Assembly: GCF_018350175.1 (NCBI RefSeq)
Contig: NC_058368.1
Location: 190,032,001 to 190,096,000, forward strand
DNA from: Felis catus
Lineage: Eukaryota
Direction of reading: 5' to 3'
DNA: 64,000 nucleotides
The translations under genes and the position numbers were made by a program. The notes below the pieces were generated by a model. It saw nothing but the letters and a program-made list of their open reading frames with translations. It made no database searches and was not told the origin of the DNA. Shown piece by piece: positions 62,668-64,000 of this stretch; positions within the stretch are counted from its first letter, which is position 1, and each line of letters begins with the position of its first letter.

Positions 62668-62907
62668 CAGCCCGTGTGGCCCCCGAGGCCACCAGTCGTT
62701 GAAGGCCTTTCTTCTTGAGGATGACACTGCTGCCGATGAGGAAGCTGGACAAGAAGGCCAGGCCCAGACCAATGTAGAAGCCATAGCTCTGCCTGAACCT
62801 CTCCTTCCAGCTGGTAGAGGTGACATTGCTGGGCACCTGGGGGCTGAGGTCACTGACGATCTGGCACAGGACTTGTTGGGAGGAGCAGTAAAGGCTGATC
62901 AGGGAAC
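62668..62907 (-). CDS. NIPAL4: NIPAL4 exon 2
   Basis: tccAG|gt..g|GTaggg; 240 nt; [15 protein letters not shown]...[30 protein letters not shown]. Confidence 0.96.
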
Positions 62908-64000
62908 CTGGACAGGAAGACCATGGTAAGTGAGTCATGCCGGGTACACTTGGGTGCTTTCAAGATACTGGAATTGGCGGCTCTTTCAGACCCCATACTT
63001 CAGCTTCCAAGGCCCACACAATGGGCCTGAACCTAACAATAATAATTAACATTCACCAAGTGCTTACTCCAGGCTAGGGGCTTTATTTGCATGAACTCAT
63101 TCAATTTTCATAACCATCTGTCAGGTAAGTGCTGCTTTGAATTCCCATTTCATAGATGTAGAAATGGAGGCCATGAGAGGTCAGGCACCTTACCTAAGAA
63201 CACAGACTGTCTGACTCCAGAACTCCAGCACATAACCCCTAAGGTGTACTGATGCTCCCCACACCCAGCAGGGTTCTCAGGCTCTCAAAGTCTTAGGTGT
63301 CATTGACTCCAACTTCCCACCCTCCACAGGAATCTCCTCCCAGTCTCTGGACTTCCAATAGCTCAGGATCACACAGGGATTTTCTCCTCCAAGAGGCCTC
63401 GTCACTTCCATATCCCTACCTCCAGCCGCAGCAGAGACTTCTGACAGGTAACATGAGGGAGTGAGGCCTGCGGGTCCATAGCCCCTTCTAGGCCTGAAGA
63501 TGACTAAATATAAGCATCCCGTTTGTTAAAATGGCCCATTCCTAAGCCAGATTTTAAGACCTCTGGTGCTGACAGTCAGTGGCTTGGGCCTCCTTCAGGC
63601 CTCAGAGACATTGGTGTCCCTGTCACTCCATGTGGAATCTTCAGTTTGCTTTCCAAGTCCTTGAGATCCTGAGAGTCTGAATCAGCCCTCATGCCCCAGA
63701 ACCGGCCAACCCTTGCTCGCCTTTCTGGCACAAACACCAAGGACAATACGACAAACTTGGGTGAGGGGCAGACCCTCAGTCAGAAGAGCTAAGCTGCCTA
63801 AGTTCAGTGAAACAATATAAAGCACAGCCAATAATCCTCCAGTTCCAGTGCCCACATGGTCCTCTACTCTGAGGCTTTTCAGGAACATTCCTACCACAGA
63901 AATGGCACAGTGATCATGTGCAGGGTGTTGGCTGGAGAAACTGGGACCCTGATAAGTTTGGTAACCTGAGTAAGACTACACTCGTGGTAAGAAGAGAAGC

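Larger units (their letters stand above)
51955..62907 (-). other. NIPAL4: NIPAL4 gene body (exons 2-6 plus 3'UTR; exon 1 outside window)
   Basis: Five GT-AG exons (240, 57, 91, 161, 629 nt) join in frame into a multi-pass NIPA-family Mg2+ transporter. Adjacency to ADAM19 matches known mammalian synteny. The 3' end is approximate. Confidence 0.95.

Noticed and set aside
1..64000. A novel multi-gene system, CRISPR array, or prokaryotic/viral coding cassette
   Set aside because: All convincing coding signal is explained by ADAM19 and NIPAL4 exons. I saw no repeat-spacer array, no long unexplained ORF and no compositional break.
62908..64000. NIPAL4 promoter or exon 1
   Set aside because: No CpG island or start-exon signature; this reads as intron 1, with exon 1 beyond the window.

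Overview
Mammalian genomic DNA, most likely from a felid (cat-family Can-SINEs and a felid-type L1 3' end). The window holds two convergent spliced genes. ADAM19 lies on the + strand: 20 coding exons from 1508 to the stop at 46407 (exons 4-23 by human numbering recalled from memory), all GT-AG and phase-consistent, with an intact [12 protein letters not shown] zinc motif and a ~3.6 kb 3'UTR. NIPAL4 (ichthyin) lies on the - strand: five coding exons from 62907 down to the stop at 53755 (exons 2-6; exon 1 is outside the window). Introns carry ordinary eutherian repeats (MIR, L2, old L1, MaLR/ERV LTRs, hAT MERs) and carnivore SINEs, many with visible target-site duplications (TSDs). Repeat family names come from my recognition of consensus sequences, not from a database search. 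I found no support for a novel multi-gene system. The best second-look items are a decayed homolog of the human long-isoform ADAM19 tail, an LTR-borne poly(A) signal upstream of distal miRNA sites, an in-frame alternative acceptor at exon 21, two poly(A)-only retro-insertions, and an ~84 bp L1 stub beside exon 7.
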